Shown: positions 10,315 to 26,700 of the stretch, piece after piece
Numbering within the stretch: the stretch's first letter is position 1
How the letters are laid out: every line of letters begins with the position of its first letter
Assembly (NCBI GenBank): GCA_051047955.1
Contig: JBPGPT010000017.1
Span: 186,001-250,000, forward strand
DNA length: 64,000 bases
Source of the DNA: Cystobasidiomycetes sp. EMM_F5
Lineage: Eukaryota
Direction: 5' to 3'
The notes under the pieces: model-generated
The model's database searches: none
The model's input: the letters and a program-made list of their open reading frames with translations, nothing else
Told to the model about the DNA's origin: nothing
Made by a program: the position numbers and the translations under genes

Positions 10315-13300
10315 ATGGCAGACGCCAAAGGCAAGGGCAGAGCTAATGTGACGCCCGTCTACATCTCGACTGGCTGCAACCGCTATTCTAGCGTGGCTGA
10401 TGTCCGCCTGGACGATGGCCTCGTCGCCTATGGTGCTGGAAAGCTGATCGCGTTGTGGCAGTCCGAGGTACTGGACCGTTTTTGCAAGATATACGAGAAA
10501 TGGTCTGTGTGCTAACGCTGAGACTTACGCGCTGCCTTGTGCGAATATGTTCTCATTCAGGACCTCTCCCAAAAAGGTGTCTATCAAACGCTGTCAGGCC
10601 ATACTAAAACGGTCACTGTCGTCAAATTCTTGCAAGGACCGCATGGCCCGGTCAAATACTTTGCGACCACCGATACGGCTGGGCGAGTTGTAATATGGCA
10701 GGAGGCTGGAGACGATTCTGTAAGACAAAACGTTGCAACCCCGATATCCTGACACTACTGAACTTAACTTCTTAACGGAATTAGTGGTCAATCCTGTCTA
10801 CTCTGGAGACAGGATCTTCAATAGGTGCCCTAGCCACCTGCCAAGCAACGATTTCGTCGTACATTATTGCGATCGGATCTGCATCTGGCAAAGTAATTCT
10901 TTTCAATTTGGCGATAGACGGTCAGTATTGCCGAAGAATGCATCTGCCTTCTCCTCAGCTTGAAATACCGATTCATGATTTTCGACTATCAGATGGTACT
11001 CTGCATCAGATGCAAGACATTGACCTTGGTGGAGTCATGCCTATGGACATTGCCATCACATCCTTGCCAAATTCGAGTTGTGAGCTGTCTTTCTGAATCG
11101 AAGGCATGTCTGCCAGAGCCGCTGACCTAGTGTGAAGGTCATGTAATGGCAGTAGCTGGCACCAGCAATGATATCTTGTTATTTACTCGATCCGGAAATG
11201 CCAAGGTGACTTCGTGGAGCCTGTTCTGCAGCACTCACTAAATGCAGTCCATCTTCCAGTCATTTACACAACAAACAAGCCTCCCAGGTCATACAGATTG
11301 GGTTCGATGTCTCTCTTTCTCTTTATCCCTTGATCACTACACTGCCTCCCAACAGACAAGCAACAGAGATATTCTCCTAGCATCCGGCTCGCAGGATAAC
11401 TACATTCGTTTGTGGCGTATCTCTCAGCGGCAATCTTCAGTTTCCAGGGATAAGTCGGAAGCTCCGTCATCTGCTCTTGATATCTTGGATCAGCTTGAAG
11501 ATCCGAATGACAGCGAGATAAGTAGTAAAGAATACCCGTTAGGTATTGAAGGAGAAAGGTTCGCAGTAGTCGTTCTTGATCCGGCCGACTCCGTGCTGAG
11601 ATTCGCGACAGCTCGCATTACGCATGCCACGCCGAATCTGTCTTGCTAGGGCACGACGGCTGGGTGACAAATCTACATTGGCGTCCGCCAGCGGAAACCG
11701 ATAGCGCACAGTCTCTGCACCTGCTTAGCGCTTCTGCAGACCGTTCCATGATATTGTGGCAACAAGATGCAGCTTCTTCAATCTGGCTGACCCATCACCG
11801 TTTCGGCGAAATGGGAGGCACGAATCTTAGCTTCTTTGGCGCTTTATGGGGCAAGAAAAGCAGGGCAGTTATGGCGCACGGCTGGGGAGGAAGTTTCCAT
11901 GTCTGGAAGACCGAAGCTGACCTTGAAAGTCAATGGAGATCTGTGACCTCAATCACCGGACATTTTGACGAAGTTTCAAGCCTCGCATGGGAGCCAAATG
12001 GGGACTACCTGTTGACGGTCAGCGCAGATCAGACAACTCGCCTTCATGCCCCATGGCGCCGCAAAGGCGTAGAGACATGGCATGAGCTGAGCAGACCTCA
12101 TATTCACGGCTACGACATGTTCGATATTGCGTTCCTGTCGCGGCAGCGGTATATTAGCGGTGCGGAAGAAAAAGTCATTCGCGTATTCGACGCGCCCAGC
12201 CTGTTCTCCCAGTCGATGAGATCACTAGGTTCGAGTGCGTCGCTAGGCGAGGCCACACCTCGAACAGGTGGAGACCGGCCGAGTGCTGCGGCAGTTCCTG
12301 CGTTGGGTCTGAGCAATAAGGCGGTGTTCGAAAGTGGGTACCGTCCACTAAGCATTGTGATCGGTTGCTGAGGAAGCGCGACTTGCAGACTCCGGCGTGT
12401 CTGAAGTTAATGGCAGCGTAAACGGGACACAAGATGTTGTTCATTTCGTCGCCTTGCAGCAGCCTCCATCAGAAGAACAGCTACTTACGTCGACCTTGTG
12501 GCCAGAGTAAGCTCGCAGCGATCGCAGTATTCCGAGATGCTACTAACAGCTCTATCTGCAGAACGGAGAAGCTCTATGGCCACGGATACGAAATCAGTGC
12601 TCTAGCTGGCTCACATGACGGTACCCTGATTGCATCGGCTTGCAGATCGACGACAGCGGAACACGCAGTCATCAGAATACATCGTACATCCGATTGGGCA
12701 CAAGTGCATCCGCCATTAGCGGGTCATACTCTGAGCATTGCTCGAATTGTCTTCAGTCCGGATGATCGTCATATCCTGAGCGTATCCCGGGATCGGAGCT
12801 GGCAGCTGTATGAGCAGGACAATTCGAAGGAACGGTACACAAGGGTTGCGCACCTGCCAAAGGCACATGCTCGTATCATCTGGGATGCAGCTTGGTCAAA
12901 CAATGGAGCATTATTTGCAACAGCATCTCGGGATAAAAGCGTACGCCCATCTGATCTACTACCCATTTGCTGAGCTGAAACTCCCGTATCAGGTCAAGAT
13001 CTGGTCGGAAAGAGCTGATAAGCAAAGTTGGGATCTTCTGTCGGCCTTGCCCCAGAAGGACGCTGCAACATCGGTCGCCTTTACGTCAGATGCCACCGAT
13101 CATGTCCTGGCCGTCGGCCTCGAGCGCGGCGGCTTGACAGTGTATCGCGCTGAAAAAGGTGACCCACAAATCTGGAATGTTACATGCCAGCTGGAATCCA
13201 AGTGAGTCTTGAATGACGCTGATGTATTGCAGATACCTGATTGTCATTGCAATCAAGGCACTTCCACAATGCGGCAATCACGCGACTCGCTTGGCAGCCT

Positions 13301-13384
13301 GCGTCGCGTCACCCGCATGCAAAGCTACCCCTCCTCGCAAGTTGTAGCGATGATCGCTCAGTCCGGATCTCATGCATATCCTAG
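10315..13384 (+). CDS. ELP2: Elongator complex subunit 2 (WD40), multi-exon
   Basis: YISTGCNR, LPGHTDWVRCLSF, LASGSQDNYIRLWRI, LLGHDGWV, DQTTRLH..WHELSRPHIHGYD, SGAEEKVIRVF, VPALGLSNKA, EKLYGHGYE, AHARIIWDAAW, LASCSDDRSVRI. Confidence 0.93.
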
Positions 13385-13871
13385 TGACCTGTTGCGATGT
13401 ATGCCATCACAGTAATGCACTTCAAGTTGAAGTAGTGCCGCATGAGTCGATAATGCCGTTCAATGCCGGATTGAAGCTCAGCAGCTTGGATATGCAACAC
13501 TGAGGCGCTCAAACATTCTTCATCTGCCTTGTGTGACCTGCACTCGATCATTGGAGCGTTTTAAACATCCGCCTTTCGATGCAATGAAAGCTGTACAAGC
13601 CTAGCTATTATTATGCAAATTTTACAAGGTATACTTTGAAGGAGACGCGTATACAGACGCGCATGCGCGCAGATTGTAGTCGGACAAGGCGAGATACATG
13701 TAGTTGCAAGAAGAGTACATCGACACACTGATGTATAGATTAGCGAAGCACTCAGACTGCAGATTGGAGAACGCCAGCCAAGGCGAAAGGTAATGGAGAA
13801 AGATAGCGTTTTTCGACAGGTTTAGTCGCTCCGCGTGATGTATCGACTTTCTTGCCCCAACAGCTCCTTAA

Positions 13872-16944
<3,073 letters not shown>

Positions 16945-17228
16945 TGCAGCCCATATGCGCAGTCCGCACAGAGTCAGTCGTGTCCTGGTTGAAGCATGTT
17001 TGCACTCTGCGGAGTTTGGGCCAAAAACCCCGCGTAAATGGCCAACGCAAATACCGCGTAAAGCGCCAAGTCAACACATACACGGCGGACGATGATGGCA
17101 GTACTGGTATAGAGACTAGTACAGCAGAATGAGAGGACTACATGTACCGAAAACACACATCACTGACGAGAAACGAAAACGGAAAAGACCGAAGGACCAG
17201 CGTGAGAACTTTCTATAGTCTTCTGCAC

Positions 17229-19281
17229 CTACACAGCAGCCTCGCTCTTGCGCTTCTTCTTCTTCTCCTTGCGCTCTGCCTTGCTTATGCTTGCATCGCC
17301 TACTTCGACTGGATCGACCGTCATCTCGGCCGTAGACGGATCGGTGATCTGAGAGTAGAGGGCGGGAAGATGGTCAGCGATGACTAGAGTCGGCGAAACA
17401 TGCTTCAAACTCACTGCTGCGGCATCTGCGGCTTTTCGTTTACTCTTCTTCTCTTTCTTTGCCAACTCCGTAGTCATGCTGACGTCTGCTACATCCAGGG
17501 CAGGTGGAGCGGCTGCCAACGGTCCTCCTTCGATCCCATCAGCAATTTTGCTCTTCTTGCTCTTTTTGATCTTCTTCTCGCTGGCATCAAGGGCAACTTC
17601 TCCGCCATTGGTGATGACTCCCTCCATCGCTGAAGCCGTGCTTTCCCCTCCGGCACCAAGAACTTCGGACTTGCGCTTCTTGCTGCTCTTGTCCTTCTTG
17701 TCCTTCTTCTTGTCCTTCTTGCTGGAACTCGCTTGCGCATCGTCATCTACGACAACTTCGACAACTGCACCATCGGTACCTTGCGATCGCAACAGATTCA
17801 CAACGCGAGCCATCGCTTCCGAGTTTTTGGTCGGTTGTGACCCAGTCTCGTAGAATGCCAGACGCTCTTCCACCTGCGATCTCAACGCCTCGCCGAACTT
17901 TGTGGTAGGAGAGTCGGTGAAGCAGTCGATACGTGATGCAATTGAACATTTGTTGGCCAAGAAGCGAGAAATTCGGCCCTTGTTTTTCGAACCCGCACGT
18001 CCAATAAAGGTGCTCTGTGAAGTTTGTTTTAGCAATCTGCCAATCTGCACCACCACAAGCGGTCAATGGCAACGCACATTATATATTAGGCCATACTTTG
18101 GCGTGTTGCCCTTAGTCTTCAACGCTCGGAAGAGCGCCTTCTCCGCACCCAAAATTTGCACAGTACTGGCCGGATACTTTGAAAGGTTCGTGAGACTGCC
18201 AGCATGACTAATGAGACGGGCGCCGACAGTGTCGCCAATGAGGCTTGCGAGGTTTGGTGCAACCAGGTTCATCTTTTCATTGAGATACAGTTGTAAAGAT
18301 TTGCGGAAGGCGAAAAGGTTCTTGACGCGGTCTGCAAAATTGATGACGTTGAGCAAGTCGATAGGAGCTATATCTTGGCCCATGGATGTCCGGGCTCCGT
18401 CGATGACGTTTCTCGCTCTGACAGTATCATCATCCAAGATTTCTGCCAGCTTTTCGATATTCTCCTCGTCGTTTGCCTTATCCCTTAGACTACTCTTGTC
18501 TTGTATAAGTCCCACCACTTGAGCGTACTGGTAGTTGTCTGGCACAATCTTGACGAGTTCTGGGAAATGCCAACCGTACCATTCGCGAACTCGCATGGCA
18601 AAGGTATTCACGTCCTTGTCAAGTTGATCGAGCATAGCGATAGCCTGGATGATCATGTTGTCGGACCGATTGACGTTGAACTTTACCTTGCCTCGAGAGT
18701 AGGCATGTCCGAGTCCAAGCTGTGATCGTCCTACATCACCAGTTTCAAGGCCTTTCAGGAGCTTTTCCGCATGGAGACGGATGCCACGTATTAGCTCGAG
18801 TGTGCGGTCAGAGGCGTCGCAGTTGATGCCCAGCGCATTTTTTATTGCTCCACCGAGCTGTTTGTCGGATACTCCAAGCACAACAGTCGATTTCTTTGCC
18901 GGCAGATTCAACTCGAGGAGGGATTGAAGGTATTCATTGACAACGCCTGAGACAGCACTGTGTCAGTGTGGGATACATGGTGAAGTGGCTAGCTTTATTG
19001 CACCTTCTGAAACATCATTTGCATTCTCCAGAGCATGTGCGGCATCCCTGTTGGAAAATTGTCAGCCGCAGATGTAATTGGAGTGCGCCAGAAGCGACGG
19101 GGACAGCATGATGGGCGCACTTGAACGGCAAGAAACTCTTCAGCTGGACCATCTTGCCAAACGTCGCCAGGCTGGAAATCTGCTCCTGAACAGCTTTGCT
19201 GCGTTGACCGATCTCCTCGTGCAAAGTGCTGGTGAAGAGGGCATAGCCCACAGCGGACTCGAACAGCACATGTGTCGCCAT
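17229..19281 (-). CDS. NOP56: Box C/D snoRNP protein Nop56
   Basis: [122 protein letters not shown] tail. Confidence 0.96.
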
Positions 19282-19868
19282 GTCGGAGCGCTGGATCAGC
19301 TCGTTGGCCCAGTGACTAGTGTTTTCAGGATTTGGAGTCGGTGTGCAATCAGACGGCAAAGCAAATTTCTGGAAGTGAGCACGCTAAGTCGTTTTCGAAA
19401 CTAGCGACGGCACTGTCGAAGCGCAACAGCTACACAATGTAACACATCATCGAGAAGCTCACTGCCAGGGCGCTAGAAGCGCATTCGTCGTCTTTGTCGT
19501 TCCCTACAGGCAAACGCTGTTATTCCCAAGTGTTCTGTTCAAAGAACTCGGAGCATCGCTACTAACTCGCAGATGCAGTAGTCACTACAGCTAATGATTG
19601 CTTTGATAATAAATATTATGCCATGCAGATTCGTAACGTGACCCCAGACGAAAGCAATACTCCCGAAAGGACATACAACATCAGACAATCGACAGGAAGA
19701 ACGTGTTGCCTTACCCGCGGACTATTGTGTATTATCCCAACTGGACTGGACCCTACAAAGCGACTGTTTCAAGCATTATTCTAATATTCGAGCTCTTCTC
19801 GATAAGCCAGCGTGAGCATCTGGCATGATCTCGGAGAGGGATCGATTGGCACGGGCGCTCAAGCAACA

Positions 19869-21944
19869 TCAGAACATCTGTCTCTTGCGCATCTCTACCG
19901 GTAGGAAGATGCAGATAAAAGAACTGAGGAAGATACCGCCAGCGCCCAACCAGAGAATACCGGAACTATTGGAAGCAAGATAGTGCTGTCCAGCAAAAGG
20001 TGCGACAATACCAGCAATACGTCCAAGGCAGGAGAGCATGCCAACAGCGGATCCGCGCCATGCAGTCTCAAACAGTTCGGGCGCAGAGGCATACAATACG
20101 GCGTTGAAGTACTACATGTCTAGGTGGTCAGCAAAGCGTGTGAAGAATATACGCGCTAGCACTCACAGTCTGCATGATGTACTCCAGAGCATTTAAGCCG
20201 ACGTAGCCGGCAGCTGTTCGGACTTGAGTGTAAAGTGCCATCGATAGACCCTGCATGGCAGCGGAGAAGACCAGCGACCACTTTCGGCCTACGAGAGGAA
20301 GCTGGATAGAGAAAAGTGCCAGAACAGCGCCGATAACGCCTGGCGTGTAGATGTAAATATATTGCTTGTATGTCTCCTTGACGGTGCTGGCACCAGTGGA
20401 TACGTTGAATTGCAGTAGAACCAAAGGTAGGTAAGACCCAGCCAGATTGAAGGACCAGTAGTCTCCCTGTTGCGTTAAACATTAGCTTATTTCTTCGCGA
20501 TGCGGATATCGTATGTGTACGGACCATGTATGCAATTGTAAGCAGACCAAAGATGAGCGCCTGCAGCTTATTTCCGAACAATCCGCCAAAGGAGTGCTTC
20601 AAGCTGCGGCCGGTATTGCGTAGAACCATTCCAGCGGTAGCTTTAGTGTTGAGTGGAGCCTTCTCGTAGCCGGACATCTGCGAAGTCCCTTGGTCGATCT
20701 CGCGGAAGTGCTCGATTGTGAGCGTTGGCGCGGGGGCCTTGTTGAATTTTGCAATTTTGTGCAGGACTTCGATGGCCTCAGCTTCCTTGCCCTTGCTCAA
20801 CAGGAACTTCGGGGATTCGTGGAAACGGAATACAAAGAAGCGCAGGAAGAAGATGATAAGGGTAACGCCGCCAAGTACGATCAGAAGATATCTCCAGCCC
20901 ATGTTGCTCGAGACTGTGCAGCACGCGGTGCCGTCAGGAACTGCGTTGCAAGCAGGAAGTGCGGGATCGCAACGATATTCGGCGGCTGTGCCGTAAGCGA
21001 CACCGGTAGCGAATATGACTCCTAGGGGCTGCCAGATAGAGAGCAAAGCCACCAGGAATCTGCGGTTCTGTGGTACAAACTCCAGCATGATTGTGGCGTC
21101 AATAGGAATATTTCCACCGAGACCAATTGAAGCCAGCAGGTAGATAGCACAAACAGCACCATAGTTGTAGCGAGGCGCAGCCTACTCGAGCTTTATCAGA
21201 CTGACTTCCACGAACGCCATGTCAATATACTCACAACCAACAGTCCGAATACTGATGTGATCAAGCAAGTGAGATTGAAAGACCATTGACGTCCGATGAT
21301 ATCGACAAGAAGTCCCCATCCAAGGGCACCGACGCTGTAGGTCCGGGAAGAGCAAAGCTAAGTTTGAAGTCGAGCGCCAGATAGTCAATACTCACGCTAA
21401 TCCAGCATTGGCGCAGGAAAACAAAGTTCCAGTCTGGTCAGCTGGTACACCCATCTCTTGGCTGGTTGTGGGACAAATTAGCCAAGCGGGAGAAGGAACA
21501 ATGTAGAACCCACTATAATCCAGACGAGGCAAGTCCGACACCCTGAGCCCAAGCCAAATCCAGAAAGTATCCGAACCCCGTCAAGAACCAAATACAAATC
21601 TAGCAAAGCGTGATCAATCAGAACCAAATACTTTGTTATTTGTATTTTTGAATGTATTTAAGTACCTGGTAGCGACCCATACCAAACTTGTCAAGCTCGC
21701 TGAATGCGATAACAACTTAATCAGCTGTTTTGCCAGACATACAAAGTTATCTGGAGATTGGAGCGCACGCGTTTATAAGAGCCGCCTTGCGGTCAAAGTT
21801 ACTGAGCGGGGCAGCGGCAGAACCCCGAAGAATGTTTCCAAGCGAAAGATCTGTCTCGGATACATCGACCAATCTGAAGTTACCCTCTGGGAGGTCGCCG
21901 CGCTTGAGGTCGCCCTTCTCGAATGCATCGGCTTTCGTCTCCAT
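19869..21944 (-). CDS. MFS transporter (SV2/sugar-transporter-like), multi-exon
   Basis: FDKFGMGRYQ, CIWFLTGFGYFLD, GLLVDIIGRQWSF, GGNIPIDATIMLEFVP, NMGWRYL, HESPKFLLSKG, YASAPELFETAWRGSAVG. Confidence 0.88.
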
Positions 21945-23748
21945 GTTGACGGGAAGCTCGAGATTTGCCGGGAGGAGAAAGGAAGATTGCTTTTCCTGCG
22001 AAACGTAGGTTGCCAAAGTTCGACAAGATGAGAAGTGACACTCTTGCTGGCAGGATGAAAAATAGGAGCCAAGGTGGACCAAGAAGGAAGAAAACGAGAA
22101 ATGCTGGGTGCAAGATCCTAGATCACGCTCATGCTGAATGTAGGGGTAAGTGGCGAAACTTTGCGTCCCTGGATGAATCGGGCATAAATGTGCGGGAAAG
22201 CGTGTCGAGATTGTGATCGTTACTTGCCACTTAGAGAGTTTCTGGCATTGAGCTTGAGTTTCGCACCGGCGGTCTGCTTCGATCGCAGATCTTGCAATGT
22301 TACATCCGGATACAGTACACCCAATCTCGAGAGCTAGGTTGCGCAGACAGAAGTAGAAGAAATTTCCGGTTTTACGAAGGTAGTAAGCAGCGACACTCCG
22401 GATCAATGCCGTGATGTTCAGCCTCTCTTCAATCATATACGTATGAACTCGAAGAATTCAAACGACGAGGCCACTACTACCGCCGTTAACGTATACCAGC
22501 TGGATAAGCCATTTGACGAATTGAAGCTCAGTACCCATGTGTTGCAATTGTAAACAACACGTCTTCCCGACCCGACATTCTGCCGCATGTTTGAGCGGAG
22601 ATTTATGCTCGGAAGCATCGCTTTCTTTACGAGTGCAAAGAGAGATCCCGTACAACCTCAGCAGGATGCAACTTGGAACCGTAGCCCAATTCTCGGATAC
22701 GGACGCCTGTTGGAAGCAGAACATTTTTGCCAGGTATCTCCGCATCCCTACGCGTATGTCGCGTCAGGTTTGGTCGATCATGTTTTGCAGCAGTCGTAGA
22801 CGTGTAGAGAAGAGCAGTATGAGTACACGTCCTCAGATGGTGTAAACCACAGGAGAGATGCTAATTCAAAACAGCTTTGAGAGCGCTCCCGTTAAGCGAT
22901 CTCCACACCCGATTCACTCTAAATCGCGGGCGACGAGGTCCCCCACGTATATTGAAAGGCTGTCTTCGACTCTGTTGGACTTTGTAGTCTCCGGAAATGC
23001 TCCCCGCATACGACGAGAGCGATACCGTATCACTGTTACATTACCCGCACTTTCCCTCTTCCGACAGATTGTTTCGATGATTATGAGGACACTGACCCTC
23101 AAAAGATAGCCATGAGATCAGTTCTGGTGGCCTCAAACCGTTCTGACACACTACTGAGAAAGCGTTGGAAGATAGTGGGTTCTGACATCGCTTGTTAGAG
23201 TGCCTGTATGTGCTCAGGTATTGCGAGAGTATGGATCTCTGGTATTTGACAGGCCTCGAAAACAAGCGGGTAGATGTAAGCGCAGATGTCATAATGTCGG
23301 TAATTTGCCTCTCATTCATACTGAACCGAAACCCAGATCCTCTGAGAGGTAGGTGTAACGTTGCCTTTCTCGAAGTATCTCGAGGGTCGCGTTCCAATGC
23401 CTGACGACATGATTCAGTGCGCCTTACACGATGTCGTTACGACAGAATCTTGGTACTGTTCGAAGCAGTAAGGCCTGCAGTGCATGGTTCGCGTCACGCT
23501 GTCAGTCGAACATAACAGATTTTGTAGCGGAGAAGCAGAATGAGCGAGCTTTACACGCAGCAGACATATCGCATGATCAATTGTGTCTAAACGGGTGTCA
23601 CAGCTGCTTTGCGAGCTTTGACTGCTTTTCGAATCTGATCCCGGCGCGTACAGTATTTTGAACGTCGTCTTGGCCTCAACGTAAATTAACAGCACGTCGA
23701 GCATACCAGCACTGCTGAGCCATACTGGCTGGGGCATAGAGCTCAGTG

Positions 23749-26700
23749 ATGGAGTCGGGGGAGAGAGAGCTGCCCACGCCAGAGGAGCCTGAAAGTCCAG
23801 CAGGCACACAGGCCCAGCAAGGCGACGATGGATCCAGACTCGAATTATCGGAAACTACGACACCACCGGCCACGCCAGCAAAGAACGGCCTCAGTTCTCC
23901 AGACGGGCTGAATGAAAGGACCAAGCCTAGCTTGAGGCTGGATGAGGGCGTTGACACGGGTTTAGATGAATCGCGAGCGTCGTTTCAGGATGTTACGCTC
24001 GATACGTCGGTAGCTTCAATCGCGTCTGGCAGTACATCATATGCGTCAAGCTCCGTTCATCTTCCCGACAAGGAATACCAATCCTCTCAGCCGCCCATAA
24101 ACCGCACTGTGTCGCAGGCCAGTAATGCATCAGTTTCAACGAATTCGACACCACCACCACATCCCTCTGTCGTGAATGGTTCGCCTAGATTCCGCGCGGA
24201 ACGTACATACTCGACAACTCCTAGTTCCTCGTCCACTCCGCATTCGACGCGAACATCACGCGCTTCGACTAGCACGACATACGGATCATCTGTTAGGCCA
24301 ATGCTTCAAGGTGTCCTGGTAGTAAGCTCCTTCGAGACGATACTCAATTCCAAGGAAGCAAAGCGGTCCCCGGCTTTGAAAGCAGCTGCTCAGACAGCGC
24401 TGGATATCCTCAAATCGCCTGCTCATCAAGGAACGAATGGTTCTGGCGGTGGCTTCTTGTTCTACGAAGACCGGCGCGAGGATGTCTTTGAACCTTTGCG
24501 GCTAGCGTGCGAAACGCACAGCAATCCGCTCATGATTACGGCCCTTGACGCCATCGGCAAATTAGTCGGATATGGTTTCTTCAACCCGCCGGCCGGTCCT
24601 ATGACGGAGCAGGAAGGGTCAGAACAGGGACAGGACCATCAGGAAAAGCCAGAACAATTCTCTTCAAGGACACCGGCTGCCGTTCAGTCACAGGCAGCTA
24701 GCCAAATGACAGACAATGGCCACGAACGGGACCCAAAGTCTGAGCAGTTGTCCGAAGCGGTTGTAAATGCCATCTGTGGATGCTTTCAGGACAATCCATC
24801 CGGAACGTCCTCATCGGCCCTGCAGGTCGGCAATAACTCTGGTCCCGATACCGTCAACTTGCAAATTGTCAAGGCCTTGTTGACTTTAGTGTTGCAAGAC
24901 TCAAATGGACGGGGCCTCAGCATACATCAGTCTGCCTTGGTACGTTCGCTCAATCACTTCCGTACAACGCGTTGCTGCCATCTAATCGTTCCTGTATGTC
25001 CTTGTCCAGCTTAAAGCAGTCCGGACCGTCTACAATATATTCCTGCTCTCGCGCAACCCGACCAACCAAATGGTGGCTCAAGGCGCACTGAATCAGATTG
25101 TTGGGAGCGTCTTTTCGCGAGTGCAGCCAGATCACAAGCTAGCCAGCCGACAATACAGCAATACCGGAAGATTCGATAACCGCGAAAACGGTATTCCAAG
25201 CCCGACGCTGCGGCCGGCCTCTGCGACACTTCCCGCAGGCCAGGTCGACTCGACTACATTGGCAACAAGCGAAACGGACGATGTTACTCTAGAAAGTGAA
25301 GCAGGACCAAGTCGACCCCATGCTGCTGCATATCAGCAAGAAAGCGCCTCACTTCCCAGCGACACTTCGTCTGGTGAATCCGCAGGCGACAATGGACAAG
25401 CCAGAGCCGCCAGCATTGATACAATACGCCCGGTCATCTACGAAGATGCAGAGCTTGGCGATCCGGCAAATTCGAGCACCCCTGCCACTTTAAGCGAAAC
25501 CAACGGGAACAATCAAGGAGAGTCACATGAAGAGTTGACAAATAAGCGCGGAAACCAAGTCGAAGAAAGCCCCGACACGCCGTCTATCGAGAAGCCACAG
25601 CCAATTACGCTATCACAATTCGAACTACACAACCGGTCTGATGGAGTTCGAACACCTGCGCCAGATTCTCAATCTCCTTTCTTCAGCCTCAACGAATTAC
25701 ATAACAAGGACGCATATTTGGTATTTCGCGCCTTGTGCAAGCTAGGGATGAAACCGCTAGGGGTCGAAAGGTGAGTAGACGAGGCACCTGACATTCTGTT
25801 GGAGGCTCATCCGAGTCGTCACAGTGAACGCGATATGAAAAGTCACGCTATGCGGTCGAAGCTTCTCTCGCTCCACTTGATACTGAGCATCCTGCATAAT
25901 CACCTCTACATATTCATCGATCCTTACGTGGTAATTTATTCTGCTTCTACGCGGGAATTCATTCCCTTCATCCAAGCCGTGAAGCAATATTTGCTTTTAT
26001 GTCTAAGTCGCAATGCAGTCTCATCGGTCCTTAGCGTGTTCGAGCTAAGCTGTGAAATATTCTGGCGTGCCGTCTCTGGCATGCGCACGAAGCTCAAGGT
26101 GGGTCGCTGGAAGTATACAGTAGCGATAATCATTGACGCCGAACAAATGCAACGTCACAGAAAGAAATCGAGGTCTTGTTGAACGAAATATTTCTCCCTA
26201 TTTTGGAAATGCGTAACTCGTCCGTGCGTCAGAAAGCCGTTCTATTGAACATCTTTGGTCGTCTGTGTCAAGACCCGCAAGCACTGGTAGATTTCTACAT
26301 CAATTACGATTGTGATCGGACTTCCATGGATAACGTGTACGAGAGGCTCGTCAACATTGTCTCCCGGATAGGAACAACCCAATTCAATACAATAACACCA
26401 GCTCACGCATCTCAGGGCAAAGATGGTCGGGAACTAGATAGCAATGCAGCTAGTACGGCGAGCTGGACAGCTGCTATGCCCTTCCTGCCAGCAATACCAC
26501 CTAATTTCAGTCAAACCTCACTCTCGTCATCGACTGCTGGTCAGGAAGTGATTCTCGCTTCGTCGGGCCCGTCGTCCGTCCTTCCCAATATGCCCATTGA
26601 GAGTCAGATTAAGCGACAGAGCCTAGAATGTTTAGTATCCCTCCTTCGCTCGCTTGTCGCTTGGGCGGGAAGAACGAGCGCTTCTGCTCACCCCGTGTCG

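Noticed and set aside
19590..19690. Possible snoRNA upstream of NOP56 (ATTGCTTT/AAAGCAAT stem, small GAAA hairpin)
   Set aside because: One 8-bp stem only; no convincing C/D pair or two-hairpin H/ACA layout
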